Shown: positions 40,001 to 51,489 of the stretch, piece after piece
How positions within the stretch are numbered: position 1 is the stretch's first letter
Layout of the letters: every line of letters begins with the position of its first letter
NCBI RefSeq assembly: GCF_006345805.1
Contig: NC_043013.1
Coordinates: 14,198,001-14,262,000, forward strand
Reading direction: 5' to 3'
Length of the DNA: 64,000 nt
Source: Octopus sinensis
Taxonomy: Eukaryota
Notes under the pieces: generated by a model
Databases searched by the model: none
The model's input: only the letters and a program-made list of their open reading frames with translations
What the model was told of the DNA's origin: nothing
Program-made: the position numbers and the translations under genes

Positions 40001-43000
40001 AAACCAACGAAGATTAACATACATACATACATACATATATATCATCATCATCATCATTTAGCGTCCATTTTCCATGCTAGCATGGGTTGGACGGTTCAAC
40101 TGGGGTCTGTGAAGCCGGAAGGCCGCATCAGGCCCAGTCAGATCTGGCAGTGTTTCTACGGCTGGATACCCTTCCTAACGCCAACCACTCCGTGAGTGTA
40201 GTGGGTGCTTTTTACATGCCACCCGCACAGGTGCCAGACGGAGTTGGCAAACGGCCACGAACGGATGGTGCTTTTACGTGTCACCGGCATGGGGGCCAGG
40301 CGAGGCTGGCAACAGACACAAACAGATGGTGCTTTTACGTGCCACCGACACGGGGGCCAGGCGAGGCTGGCAGCGGACACGACGATCGGATGGTTCGCTT
40401 AACCACAGCTGCAACTTCCACTGATGTTGATCGGCCTCAATTTTGGTTCTGCTTTCTGATGACTGTTCTCACTGGTCTTCTCACGCACAGCATACTTCCA
40501 TAGGTCTCGGTCTCTAGTCATTTCCTTGGTGAGACCTAAAGTTCGAAGGTCGTGCTTCACCACCTCGTCCCAGGTTTTCCTGGGTCTACCTCTTCCACAG
40601 GTCCCCTCAACTGCCAGGGTGTGGCTCTTTTTCACACACCTATCTTCATCCATTCTCGCCACATGACCATACCAGCGCAATCGTCTCTCTTGCACACAAC
40701 AATTGATGCTTCTTAGGTCCAACTTTTCTCTCAAGATACTTACACTCTGTCGATTATGAATACTGACATTTCACATCCATCGGAGCATACTAGCTTCATT
40801 TCTTGCGAGCTTACGCAAATCCTCAGCAGTCACAGCCCATGTTTCACTACCATGTAGCATGGCTGTACGTACACATGCATCATACAGTCTGCCTTTTACT
40901 TTGAGCGAGAGGCCTTTTGTCACCAGCAGAATATATATATATATTCTTTTACTTGTTTCAGTCATTTGAAAGTGGCTATGCTGATGTATTGCCTTGAAGG
41001 ATTTTAGCTGAACAATTCAACCCCAGAACATATTATTTCTAAGACTTCTCCTATAATTCCCTTTTGCCGAACTGTTAAGTTACAGGGATATAAACACACC
41101 AACACCAGTTGTTAAGTGGTGAGGTGGGGACAAACATAGACACACACACACACACAGATATATACATATATATATACTTAAACATATCAAAGGGAAATGG
41201 AAAATTAATTAAAATTTTCAATTCCAGTGGCCTAACATGTAAAAATTTAGTCTAAAAAGACTATGTATTAGTCAATATAAAGTGTACATTTAAACACATA
41301 AGGAATCCACTCGTGGGATTCAACACGCTAGAAAGAACAGCTAGGTTCTATAACCACAAAAATTAGGGATAAAATTCGACAGGAACGAAATGAAAAATAA
41401 AAACATTTTACTATCAAGTTTCTTGGACCAATCAATAAACTGATTCCTTATGGGGTTTTCAATCAGGATGAAAAATTGATAAACCAATTCCTTAAAGGAT
41501 TTCCCACTAAAATTAGCTACACCCCATTTTCAACCATAACTTTTACCAATTTTGATGTATTTTGTTCAAACTTGATGCCAACATTACTTAGGACTCATGG
41601 GATCACTGACTGCTTTAAGTTCTCCAAAAAAAACAAAAAAAACAAAAACAATCAATGAGTGGAAAAATCGATAAACTGATTCCTTATGCCAAATGTCAAC
41701 TAATTTCAATGGATTTCGCTGAAATTTGATGTCGGTGTTACTTAGTTTGGTTTGAAACAAAGCGCTTGATTGATTTAATAATCCCAACTTAATCCTGGGC
41801 AACGCCGGGCTAAACTGCTAGTTTTTAATATGAATGTTTCTCATATGAACTGCATTTTTTTATGTCCATATCCCCTCTGCCTGACCCTGACCTCAAAAGA
41901 AATAGTTGCTTATCTAGCACAAGTATGTTGGTATTCTTTTATTTCACCTGTCTCCTTTTATGAAGAAGGAAAACTAGGACAACAACCTTTTTAACAAAAT
42001 GTATTTTAAATTAGCCTATGAGAAAATCTCAAGAGAGTTACTTGACTTGTTAGAAATAGCAAGTGGAATCTCTTTTAAATCTCACACTACCATTGAAAAA
42101 GGGAAAACTCGTATTAGATAATGTAGTGCTCCATACACAATACCTGTATAGTAATAATAATAATAATAATAATCCTTTCTACAATAGGCACAAGGTCTGA
42201 AATTTTGGCAGCGAGGACTAGTTGATTCCATTGAACCCAGTATTTTACTGGTACTTGATTTATCAGCCCTGAAAGGATGAATGGCAAAGTTGACCTCAGT
42301 GGAATTTGAACTCAGAATATAGTGATGGGCAAATTATTGCTAAGCATTTCGCCTGGCGTGCTAACAATTCTGCCAGCTCACTGCCTTCATAATAATAATT
42401 ATAAGGGCGGCAAGCTGGCAGAACTGTTAGCACACTGGGCGAAATGCTTAGCGGTATTTCGTCTGCCATAATGTTCTGAGTTCAAATTCCGCCGAGGTCG
42501 ACTTTGCCTTTCATCCTTTCGGAGTCGATTAAATAAGTACCAGTTATGCACTGGGGTCAATGTAATCGACTTAATCCCTTTGCCTGTCCTTGTTTGTCAC
42601 CTCTATGTTTACCTCCCCTGTGGGCAACAAATAAATAAATAATAATAATAATCCTTTGTACTACAGACACAAGGCCTTAAATTTTGGGGGAGGGCACTAG
42701 TCGATTACATCGATCCCAGTGTTTTGCTGGTACTTAATTCATCAACCCTGAAAGGATTAAAAGGCAAAGTCAACCTTGGTGGAATTTGAACTCAGACTGT
42801 AGCAACAGGCGAAACACTGCTAAGCATTTTGCTCAGCCTGCTAACGATTCTGCCAGCTCCCCACCTTAATAATAATAGTAATAGTTTCAAATTTTGGCAC
42901 AAGGCCAGTTTTTTTCAAATAAATGAATGGAAATTGTCGCTGTGATATCAGTGCTGGTGGCACATAAGAGAACCATCCGAATGTGGCCGTTGCCAATGCC

Positions 43001-46000
43001 GCCCTGACTGACTTCCGTGCCGGTGGCACGTAAAAAGCACCATCCGATTGTGGCCGTTGCCAGCCTCACCTGGCCTCCGTGCCGGTGGCACGTAAAAACC
43101 ACCATCCGACCGTGGCCGTTTGCCAGACTTGTCTGGCACCTGTGCAGGTGGCACGTAAAAAGCACCCACTACACTCATGGAGTGGTTGGCGTTAGGAAGG
43201 GCATCCAGCCATAGAAACATTGCCAGATCAGACTGGGCCTGGTGCAGCCTTCTGGCTTCCCAGACCCCAGTTGCAACGTCCAACCCATACCAGCATGGAA
43301 AGCGGACGCTAAATGATGATGATGATGATGATGAAATGTGACTGGAAGAACGAATATACACATCCCAAAATAATAACTAAGAAAAAACCTAGGGGCTAGT
43401 GTTTATTCATTTAAAATATATGCATATATTTAAGAGGAAGTAAAAAATTTGAAAATCGGCTATAACAATGTAGTTTTCCAGTCTAAATGCTATGAAGGTA
43501 TGATGCTGTGGAGAAAAAAAAAATGGAGGAAAAAGTTTTTTAGCCAATAGCGAGACAGAAATTTTCTGCGTTGAGCGTCTGTGACATGACCTGTTCATTG
43601 AAGGTTTGTAAATAAACAGAAATACCTAATAAAATAACATATAGCATTTTACTGGTTTTTTTTTATTTCTTCATTGATTGTATGTTTTTATTATGTTTTT
43701 AAAAACTTGTTCTATTAATATATTTGTCTGTGTGTGTTTATTTAATGCGTATTTCAGTATTGTGTATGCCTGTCTTGTATTTGTGGAGAAAAAGAAAGGG
43801 AGGTGGGTGCAAGGAATACAAAGCTTTAAGGAGTGGGGATTGTGCAGTTGACGACAGTTCATGCTGTCCATGACACACACGCACGCGCAATACTGTGCCG
43901 AGATTGTTACCATAAATATGAGCAGTGCGATCTTCTGCCTCAGTAGCGCAGTAGGCAGCATGTCAGTCCTATAAATCAAGTATGAAATCAAGTCATCTGA
44001 AGGTGTGAGTTCGATCCACACCTGTGGCACACCTTTTTACTTTTTTTTACTTTTTTGCATAATTAAAATGGCAATGCCTCTCTCTTGATAATTGTGTTAA
44101 AGAAAGAAATCACTTCAAGTTGTTTCTATGAGTATTGTATAAAAGGAGGATTAAAATATATGCACCTCCGTGTCTGCCCTTCATATCTACTGTTATCGAG
44201 ACACCTGCAGACCATAATCAAAAGCGCTCCGACGATGATTATCTTACCTTTCCCTACGCATCATGTAATTAGTATGTAAGCCAATGGAATCTTTGATACC
44301 ATTGTTTTGAAGACGATTGGGTATGATTGATCGCAGGGAAATTTGGTGGCCACTATTTTTCTCTCTCTCTGTCACACACACACATACTCACAAAACTGTA
44401 CCCAAATTATTATCACAAAAGGAGAAGGAACGATTCAGTGTCCACGGTGTCGCAGTTGTGGGTAGCAATCAGTCTCATGATCAGGTATGAAATTAGAGGA
44501 ATCTGAAGATCATGAGTTCAATCATCACCTGGGATTCAATGCCTTTTTAAAAATAAAAAAAAAAGGGCTGTGCTTCTCTTGATGATTGCGTTAAAGAAAT
44601 GTGCAAATGAGATGAGCTGGAAGGAAAGGGCTGTGACGTCAACCATCAAGGGGCCTGACAGGAAGGGGGAGAGAGAAAATGAGGAAAGCAAGACTAGTTG
44701 CCGTGAATGAACGTCAGTGGAGCAAGCCAGCGGCATTGGCAGTAGCAGCTGTTAATATTGGGTGATATGGGTAGGGTACATGCTTGGACTTAGCACAGCT
44801 GGACAGTCAACAACGAAAGGCAGGTGAACCGTATCTTATTTCCCTGCATTACAGTTCCCACGTACCACAAGCCTTTGCACTCTCGTGTATAAATGTGTAT
44901 TTACTTTTGTTGTTGTCCACTTCCATGAGATGGCAGCAAAGATAAGAATCGGCAGCGAAGCCGTCAGACCTTTCTATGGTGAAAGAGATATTGTTGCCTG
45001 AATCCGTACAATCAAGGTGGTGGCCAGGATACAAGGCATTGACAATGTAGCAGGTCTCACGGCTCTGTACCCGGAGGAAAGCGTGTTGGCACTGTACTCC
45101 AAAGATGGACGAAGAAGACCAATTGAGCAGCACTTGAGGGAAACCTATACGGAGGGAAAGTTTGCTAAGGTGGAGAAGGGAACAAGTCAATGAGTATGTA
45201 ATTGACTTATCCCCTCCCTTAAAAAATATGAAAAAGAGTAGCTAGATATCCTTCAACTTGGACACCGGATAGTGTATTGTCTGATATACAAAAAGACTGG
45301 ATTGTCATGGTTGGAAATCCTTAGATCATAGGGTCTTGCTCGATGGGGCTACACAACAGCGGCACTTATACTACAGTGATAACGTGGCAGAGCACGCCAT
45401 GACAGGACATATACGGTAGAGTAGACGGGCAAAAATATTTTGATAACATTTCATTTTCTTTGCCCTCTCTACACTTACCTTTCTTTTCTTTTCCTAATGA
45501 CCAAGTTTGTGGCCTTATGTTAATTCATATAAGAAACCATTATTTGCTGTCGATTCTAAACCTTTTGTGTTCATATCTTGCCCAGGTGTTTATTTCAACA
45601 ATGTCCATCCATATGCCAATGTATATGTATGTGTACATACATATATATATATATATATCAGCAATAATAAATCTCTGAGTGAGGTATAAATAGCAGCAGC
45701 ATAACATCGTGAAATATATTTGACACCCAAATGTGGCTAACCCATAAGGGATGATGCTACTGTAGCTTGTAACCCCAGGAGAACATCTCCTCCAGCTGGC
45801 TATTGACACACTATCTGTGCCCTATCAGTATTTACAAAGGAAAGTCATCTTTCCCATCTCCAACCTGACGTGGTACACATGCACCTGAGTTTCTGGGTAT
45901 TGACCCGTTGTCAGCATGTGATGACCACCGGTTGGTGATGGGAAGTGGTTCTCAATGCAAATATATATACTTTTTCCAAGGACGAAAAGTAAGTGATCTA

Positions 46001-48700
46001 GAAAAAGTGGTTGTCACATGCTGTTGAAGGGTCAATACCCAGAAAGTCGGGTCCGTGTGTATCATGTCAGGTTGAAGATGGGAAGGATGGCTTCCCTTTG
46101 CAAATGCTGATCGGGCACAGATAGTGTGTCAATAGCCAGCTAGAGGAGATGTCTTCCTGGAGCTACAAGCTGCAGTAGTGTCGACCCTTATAGGTTAGCC
46201 ACATTTAGGTGGCAAATATACTATATATATAAAAGACACCATTCGAGGGTGATCGTTACCAGCATCGCCTTACTGGCACCTGTGCCAGTGGCATGTGTAA
46301 AAGATTTGAGTGAGGTCGTTGCCAGTACCGCCTGACTGGCCCTGTGCCGGTGGCACATAAAAGCATCCACTACACTCTCGGAGTGGTTGGCGTTAGGAAG
46401 GGCATCCAGAAACTCTGCCAGATCAAGATTGAGGCCTGGTGCAGCCATCAGGTTCGCCAGCCCTCAGCCAATCGTCCAACCCATGCTAGCATGGAAAGCG
46501 GACGTTAAACGATGATGATGATGATGATGATATATATATATATATATATATATTGGTTTCAAATCTTAGCACAAGGCCTGTAATTTTGCAAAAGAGACAA
46601 GTTGATTACATTGACCCTAGTGATCAACGTGTCTTATTTTATCAACCCCGAAAGGGATGAAAGGTAGAGTTAGCCACGGTGGAATTTGAACTCAGAACTT
46701 AAAACGAAGTGCCGTTAACCATTTTGTCCGGCGTGTTAACGATTCTGTCAGCACATCGCCTTAGATGCCAATATGTATTGTAAGTCGTAACATCACTACG
46801 TCTTCGAACAAACCTTAACGTAAGGAGTTCGAATTGTTAGAAACAACTAAATGTCGTCACGTCGCACCTTAACCTCGACAAAAAATAAATGAATTAGGAA
46901 CGGGTACAATAGAAAGTGTAGTCCTTGATAGACGAAGACGAGATAGTTACGGCTGAAACCCGTTTGTTCGTAAATAACACAGGATTAACAACAACGAAAC
47001 AATTTCGATAAACCTATAGAGATGGGGTGGCCATGGCGAGAACGTAAACTCGTTTAGAGATGACATTGGATTAACAAGAGGAATAACATAAGATACACTT
47101 AAAATGATGGAAGGGTCACAGATGGATAACCTTTGAATACAGATTTGCTTGATCGTGATTGACCTTAAGCTAAAAAACAACAGCAATAACATAACATGAA
47201 CACGTGTTAGATCTAAAGATATTTAATTCTATTCCACCGTGATGTGATGAGATGAGACAGCTTCCACACCACTTCCTCTGCATCACACTTTAACGTCTAT
47301 TTTTTTTTAAAGTAAATAATCGAACGGGTAGGAAACAACCACCCAGTTCTTTGCTCTTTTCTTTCTCTCAGAGAGAGAGAACTACTTAGAAACTCCGCCG
47401 AGCAACTATTATACTCGTCTCGTGAAACGGGTGTAATAGTAAGAAATCAGTCCGTTGTAGACAATATTTTACAGATAGTCCTAAATACACCAAAGGCGAA
47501 ATGTCACGATCAGAACGTCAGCTTGTATGGAGATGACAGCGAATTAACAATAAGAGGGAAAACCAAGATATACACAAAGAGATCGGAAGGCCACGATAGG
47601 ACTATCTTTAAATAAAGGTCTGCTCGGTCGGGGTTCACCCGAGGCTAAAAATAGCAGTAATAACATAAAATGGACATGCTCGACTGAAAGAAAATGAATT
47701 CAATTCCACAGTGATGAGATGAGGTGAGATGGCCTTCGTGCCATTTCATTTACATCACACCCTAACGTCTTAAAAGAACATCTGTAAAACGAACGGGTAC
47801 ATTGTAGTCTACACAATACGGTACTACTAGCGAACTGTGGTAACGGTGCGCGCACTCACGCTAGCTAGTCGTAAGTAGTCGATCCTACAGCTTTTTAACA
47901 CTAACCCTAACCTTTGTTTATAAAAATTATTTACTTTGTGTTTTAATTATTTTGTTCGAAAAATATTATTTAATTTCCTTTGATATGTATTCAGCCTTGA
48001 AATACAAACATACGCGCAAGTCGTTGCAGGATCGACTACGTACGACTAGCTAGCGCGAGTGCGCGCACCGGGACCACTGTTCGCTAGTAGTACCCACAAT
48101 ACAACGTAGTTCTAGATATTCTGAAGTCGAGATGGTCACAGCTAGAAAGTTTGTTCGTTCAGGACTTACATCGAATTAACAGGTAACAAAATAAATACAC
48201 ATCAAAATGTGTTAGATAGAGGTTGACCTGAAGTTAAATAACAACAATAATTAAAAATTAATTAGAAACGTAAAACACGTGTTCGATAAAAAAAATTCGA
48301 TTCTACCATGACGAGATGCGGTGAAGAGGCCTTCATATCATTTCACTTTAACATGTATATACGAATGTACATTTAAATCATGTTTGGTGCAGAAAAAAAA
48401 AAACCCGGTATGTTAGCGGACAAGGTGAGAAAACAAATATATATTTCTTTACTACCCACAAGGGGCTAAACACAGAGGGAACAAACAAGGACAAACAAAC
48501 GGATTAAGTCGATTACATCGACCTCAGTGCGTAACTGGTACTTAATTTATCGACCCCGAAAGGATGAAAGGCAAAGTCGACCTCGGCTGAATTTGAACTC
48601 AGAACGAAAACAAATATAAGATTACAGAGCACTTACCTGAATACATCCGAGGTATTACGGATGCCCTGCGAGAGAGGTTAGTCGCTGAAAAGCGCAACAT
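21159..48700 (-). CDS. HIBADH: 3-hydroxyisobutyrate dehydrogenase, mitochondrial; spliced gene span, 9 coding exons, 975 nt, 324 aa
   Basis: Exons join in frame. Rossmann motif [30 protein letters not shown], catalytic-lysine motif [21 protein letters not shown]. Confidence 0.95.
21395..21620 (+). mobile_element. RTE-type LINE 3' fragment
   Basis: [28 protein letters not shown], homologous to 40470-40925. Confidence 0.65.
22654..22810 (-). CDS. HIBADH: HIBADH exon 8
   Basis: tag|[53 protein letters not shown]|gtttgt; 157 nt. Confidence 0.95.
22930..23520 (+). mobile_element. 3' fragment of a restriction-like-endonuclease non-LTR retrotransposon (HERO-like) with 3' UTR
   Basis: ORF 22856..23308: IVELTVPHE...KFNHY..L...[14 protein letters not shown]...[11 protein letters not shown]. 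Confidence 0.8.
23332..23443 (+). ncRNA. Candidate rearranged hammerhead in the LINE 3' UTR
   Basis: tgccgTC-aagagg...aggcccc-GAAAcggcg...tctctc-CTGATGA; stems I and III pair, but strand order is non-canonical. Confidence 0.5.
23742..24110 (-). mobile_element. Non-autonomous Helitron-like element
   Basis: Terminal hairpin actagcactatgacctggc/gccgggtcataatgctagt; the other end reads tctctatatatataaa on the minus strand. Confidence 0.55.
25923..25999 (-). CDS. HIBADH: HIBADH exon 7
   Basis: cag|[25 protein letters not shown]|gtaggt; 77 nt. Confidence 0.95.
26981..27114 (-). CDS. HIBADH: HIBADH exon 6
   Basis: cag|[45 protein letters not shown]|gttggt; 134 nt. Confidence 0.95.
28061..28278. 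mobile_element. piggyBac-type MITE
   Basis: TTAA|ccctttcgttacc ... ggtaacaaaaggg|TTAA. Confidence 0.85.
28526..28900 (+). mobile_element. SINE family B
   Basis: Head, internal (TA/TG)n and tail all present. Confidence 0.85.
29762..29883 (-). CDS. HIBADH: HIBADH exon 5
   Basis: cag|[41 protein letters not shown]|gtaaca; 122 nt. Confidence 0.95.
30470..30840 (-). mobile_element. CR1/L2-like LINE RT fragment
   Basis: [23 protein letters not shown] and [22 protein letters not shown]. Confidence 0.7.
30858..31071. mobile_element. piggyBac-type MITE, inverted relative to the 28061 copy
   Basis: TTAA-flanked; internal sequence is the reverse complement of 28061-28278. Confidence 0.85.
31533..31650 (-). 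CDS. HIBADH: HIBADH exon 4
   Basis: cag|[39 protein letters not shown]|gtatga; 118 nt; not in the ORF track. Confidence 0.93.
32317..32443 (-). CDS. HIBADH: HIBADH exon 3
   Basis: cag|[42 protein letters not shown]|gtaatg; 127 nt. Confidence 0.95.
33225..33590. repeat. Minisatellite (about 26-bp unit gcactaatgccttttacgtggcacca) grown inside a family C SINE
   Basis: More than ten consecutive units, some shorter variants. Confidence 0.85.
34540..35570. repeat. (GAT/GGT)n low-complexity tract
   Basis: Degenerate triplet repeats. Confidence 0.85.
37079..37368 (+). mobile_element. Non-autonomous Helitron-like element
   Basis: 5' TCtttatatataaaa, 3' GC hairpin plus CTAG, between A and T; second copy at 55133-55526. 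Confidence 0.75.
37412..37710 (+). mobile_element. tRNA-derived SINE (another family)
   Basis: A-box-like tggcccagtcgttagg and B-box-like gtttcgattc followed by a non-tRNA body. Confidence 0.6.
37814..37849 (-). ncRNA. Minimal hammerhead-like motif (C3:G8, A6U) in a (TA)n-embedded repeat
   Basis: cttt-CTGTTGA-a-gagc(atag)gctc-GAAA-cg-TA-aaag; more decayed copy at 50735-50770. Confidence 0.5.
38353..38369 (-). CDS. HIBADH: HIBADH exon 2, 17-nt microexon
   Basis: Polypyrimidine tract ...ttattccag|ATTCAGCTTCCGACAAG|gtaagt; converts phase 1 to phase 0 and encodes (D)SASDK. Confidence 0.72.
38889..39162. mobile_element. Short inverted-duplicated repeat carrying a hammerhead motif
   Basis: 38889-39027 mirrors 39034-39162; related copy at 19245-19378 and 19540-19572. 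Confidence 0.75.
38985..39021 (-). ncRNA. Minimal hammerhead, U3:A8 variant
   Basis: cta-TTGAAAA-g-gttgc(aagac)gcaac-GAAA-at-TT-tag. Confidence 0.55.
40470..40925 (-). mobile_element. RTE-clade LINE 3' fragment
   Basis: [33 protein letters not shown] and [24 protein letters not shown]. Confidence 0.88.
42170..42870. mobile_element. Cluster of family A SINEs in alternating orientation
   Basis: Minus copy 42175-42390, plus copy 42405-42630, minus copy 42650-42870. Confidence 0.8.
43937..44029 (+). pseudogene. Intron-containing tRNA-Met pseudogene
   Basis: gcctcagtagcgcagtaggcagcatgtcagt-cctata-[insert]-atctgaaggtgtgagttcgatccacacctgtggca; anticodon loop and stems mutated. Confidence 0.8.
44440..44534 (+). 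pseudogene. Decayed intron-containing tRNA-Met
   Basis: tcagtctcatg-atcaggtatgaaattagagga-atctgaagatcatgagttcaatcatcacctggg. Confidence 0.75.
44750..45195 (+). mobile_element. Probable LTR-retrotransposon remnant (LTR plus gag start)
   Basis: From ATG 44930: [55 protein letters not shown], resembling Gypsy-type gag N-termini. Confidence 0.45.
45715..46220. repeat. Fold-back element, arms about 215 bp
   Basis: tatatttgacacccaaatgtggctaacc... mirrors ...ggttagccacatttaggtggcaaatata. Confidence 0.9.
46890..48356. repeat. Diverged tandem triplication (units about 450-470 bp)
   Basis: Recurring gaacgggta, gaattaaca and attccac.gtgatg..atgag...taacgtct blocks. Confidence 0.65.
47820..48094. mobile_element. 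MITE with about 70-bp TIRs and 8-bp TSD (Merlin-like)
   Basis: ggtactactagcgaac... / ...gttcgctagtagtacc; TSD cacaatac at 47812-47819 and 48095-48102. Confidence 0.88.
48637..48700 (-). CDS. HIBADH: HIBADH coding exon 1 (mitochondrial transit peptide)
   Basis: [21 protein letters not shown], Arg/Ser-rich with no acidic residues; donor CAG|gtaagt, phase 1. Confidence 0.8.
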
Positions 48701-49107
48701 TGTGCTAAATATTATCTTCGATGTACAAGACATGGTAAATTTAAAAAAATTAGTTTGAACTAAAAACACGATTAGATATTATCGGTGGTCCGAAGTGAGA
48801 ATCAAAACACCGTTTCTTCTTAAGGGTAGATTCACAGTTGTCGCCCTTGTTTTCTCTTTGGCTTCCAGAGTTACCTGACCGTCGCTTCTCAATCTACTTA
48901 TATATATATATATATATATCTTACCCATAAGCGCGCGTGCACACACACACACACACATACACACAGATGCACGATTAAAAAAATTATTTTTCTTAGCAAA
49001 TAAAATCTCAGTGTTTATCTTAAAATTAGTATTTTGAACGTAATTCTATGTACTGTACATGCACCTTTGATGAGTTGCAGTGCACCTGAGCACTATACAC
49101 AATAATT

Positions 49108-49154
<47 letters not shown>

Positions 49155-49750
49155 GTTGTTGTTGTTGTTGTTGTTGTTGTTATTATTATTATCATTATTA
49201 TTATTATTATTGTTATTATTGAGTGGGTGAGAGAGCAGTGCATGCCATCAAAGTGATACTGGGGTAAAATATACGAAGCCCAGTATACCCATCATGTCAA
49301 CGATATGTGCGCGACATGGTGATCTCATATCAAGATAAACAGCACATGACCTTGCAGGTGGGGGCTTAGTTAGGATTTTCTTCTGGTCGAGTAACCCATC
49401 CCGCTCAAAAGGTCCCTGAATAAGGATTGTTTAAGGATGTTGAACAAACCACGCATGTTTCCAAAGGTGAATTATCCAAACCCCCAAAATCCCTCTCAAC
49501 ACATGGCTATGATGCTCCCCCACTACTTGTGCTCGTGATCAGACATGCACGTATCGACAGCCATTAAGGGACATGCTCAACTGGTTATGGTCAAGCAACT
49601 GACAAGCAAATCTGTGGTATTGAGCAGAATATTTGCTGTAGCCCATCTTTTATACCAAGACAAAACAATGTACATGATAACACTTCCAATCAGTTAAGAT
49701 CAGAAGCCACGAGAGCCACTTCCTGGTAGTGCATCAGGGCATTCATATTA

Positions 49751-49791
<41 letters not shown>

Positions 49792-49829
49792 TTATTATTA
49801 TTATTATTATTATTATTGTTATTATTATA

Positions 49830-50140
49830 TGTTTGACTTTTGCTTTATATTTGTACAAGTTGGCTCCAAGTCTCACCCAGAGACCTCAAGAGACAACAGG
49901 TTGGAAGTTCGTGATGTTATGCCCAGTGTGCCATATATTTGGTTTTGTATTTAGTGTTGTACTAGTGAATGTCAAAAAAAAAAAAAAAGACAAGTATGTT
50001 TGTTTTAAAACTTGAGATTACATAGAAAGTATTTTGCGTAGGATATGAGCAGTTCCCATGAGCACTATCTTTTGGATTTCTGTCATTTTGGGGTTTCCTG
50101 GTATCTGAGTTAGGTAGCGATCAGCCCCTTTTGCTATCAT
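49830..50140 (-). mobile_element. R4/Dong-like LINE 3' end in (TAA)n
   Basis: 50140-50018 reads MIAKGADRYLTQIPGNPKMTEIQKIVLMGTAHILRKILSM*; flanked by (ATT)n. Confidence 0.65.
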
Positions 50141-50825
50141 TATTATTATTATTATTATTATATTATTATTATTATTATTATTATTATATTATTATTATTT
50201 ATTCTATTGACCTTTCTTTGTCGAATGGCTGGGTGACAAGCGCGTAAGGAAATCAACATTTATATATTTAAAATCTCTCTATATATGTATTTTAGTCGCA
50301 GGTGTGGCTGTGTGACAAGCAGTGCAGGTGTATAAACACCAATCGGCGGGCGTTGCTATTGCCCTCATTATTATCATATCGTCAATCCTTCCATTTCATT
50401 ATGTCCATGTCCAGCCCGCAACTTCCTTTCTTTGTAAGGCCCTGTGGCCAATTGAATGAATAAATGAATAAAAGATGAGCAGGCGTGGCCGTGTGGTAAG
50501 AAGCATGCTTCCCAACCATATAATTCCGGGTTCAGTTCCATTGCATGGAACCTTGGGCAAGTATCTTCTAAAACCTCAGGTCGACCAAAACCTTGTGAGG
50601 GTCTGGTAGACGGAAGCTGAATGAGGACTGTCATATATATATATTGTTGAAAATCACAGAAAGACAAAAGACGAAGACAGGGGTATAAAAAACCAACAGG
50701 TGTATTATTTTGACGCTCGGGAAGGTGAGAATGTCTTCTACGTTTCGAGCCTACGCTCTTCAACTGAAAGGAACACGAGAAAATAAACACAGAGACAATG
50801 AAAAATATTTTTGGAGTTAGCGGTC

Positions 50826-51465
50826 AGTAGGGATCTAGCTTGACCTTGCCTGAGATTTGAAACCAAACCCACCCGCTTATTGCTTGTCAAAACATGCGGG
50901 TAATCCTCTCCACACTAGATGATCCCCTAGGACCTGTGCTGGTCAAGGAAAGGTCAATCCTTTGTTTAGGGTTTGACCTACATTACTGACAATAGTCTGT
51001 ATAACAGAGAGAATTTCCTATCTCTTTCTCTTATGTGTCAGCTATGAACAAAGGAGCAACGCCCTCTCTTTTGTGTCTGCTATGACCAACGAGCAACATG
51101 CTCTTTTGCGTCAGCCTTAACTAAGAACAGCACTTACCTTTGCTCGATATGCAAAGAGAGGCTTTCGGCCGCAAGAAAGGCGATGCCACCTTCAGCCTTT
51201 CTTCCTTTCTAGTCAGCGCCGTGCATTCTTTACTCTTTCACTCTTTTAACAGACAATCTTTTTCTATACTATCAACTACTGACCTTTCACTACAATTAGT
51301 ACTGTATTTCTAACTACCTGTCGGGCAAACGAATAAACATATGTAAATAATATGGTTAATAATATTTCTTCCCTTTTGGTGTTGATTCTTCGATGTTTAC
51401 TGGTTACTCCGTCGCGAGAACCTTCAACCGTTACATCTAAACGCTACATTTAGTTGTGGGCTACA
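50826..51465 (+). mobile_element. Possible solo LTR
   Basis: agtag...ctaca ends, internal short repeats and an aataaa; interrupts another repeat; TSD unclear. Confidence 0.3.
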
Positions 51466-51489
51466 TCATATCGAATTGATATGGCACAT

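Noticed and set aside
47899-47912. Telomeric (TAACCC) motif, also near 18706 and 10040
   Set aside because: Only one or two units; at 47.9 and 18.7 kb they are internal to MITEs. Not a telomere array.
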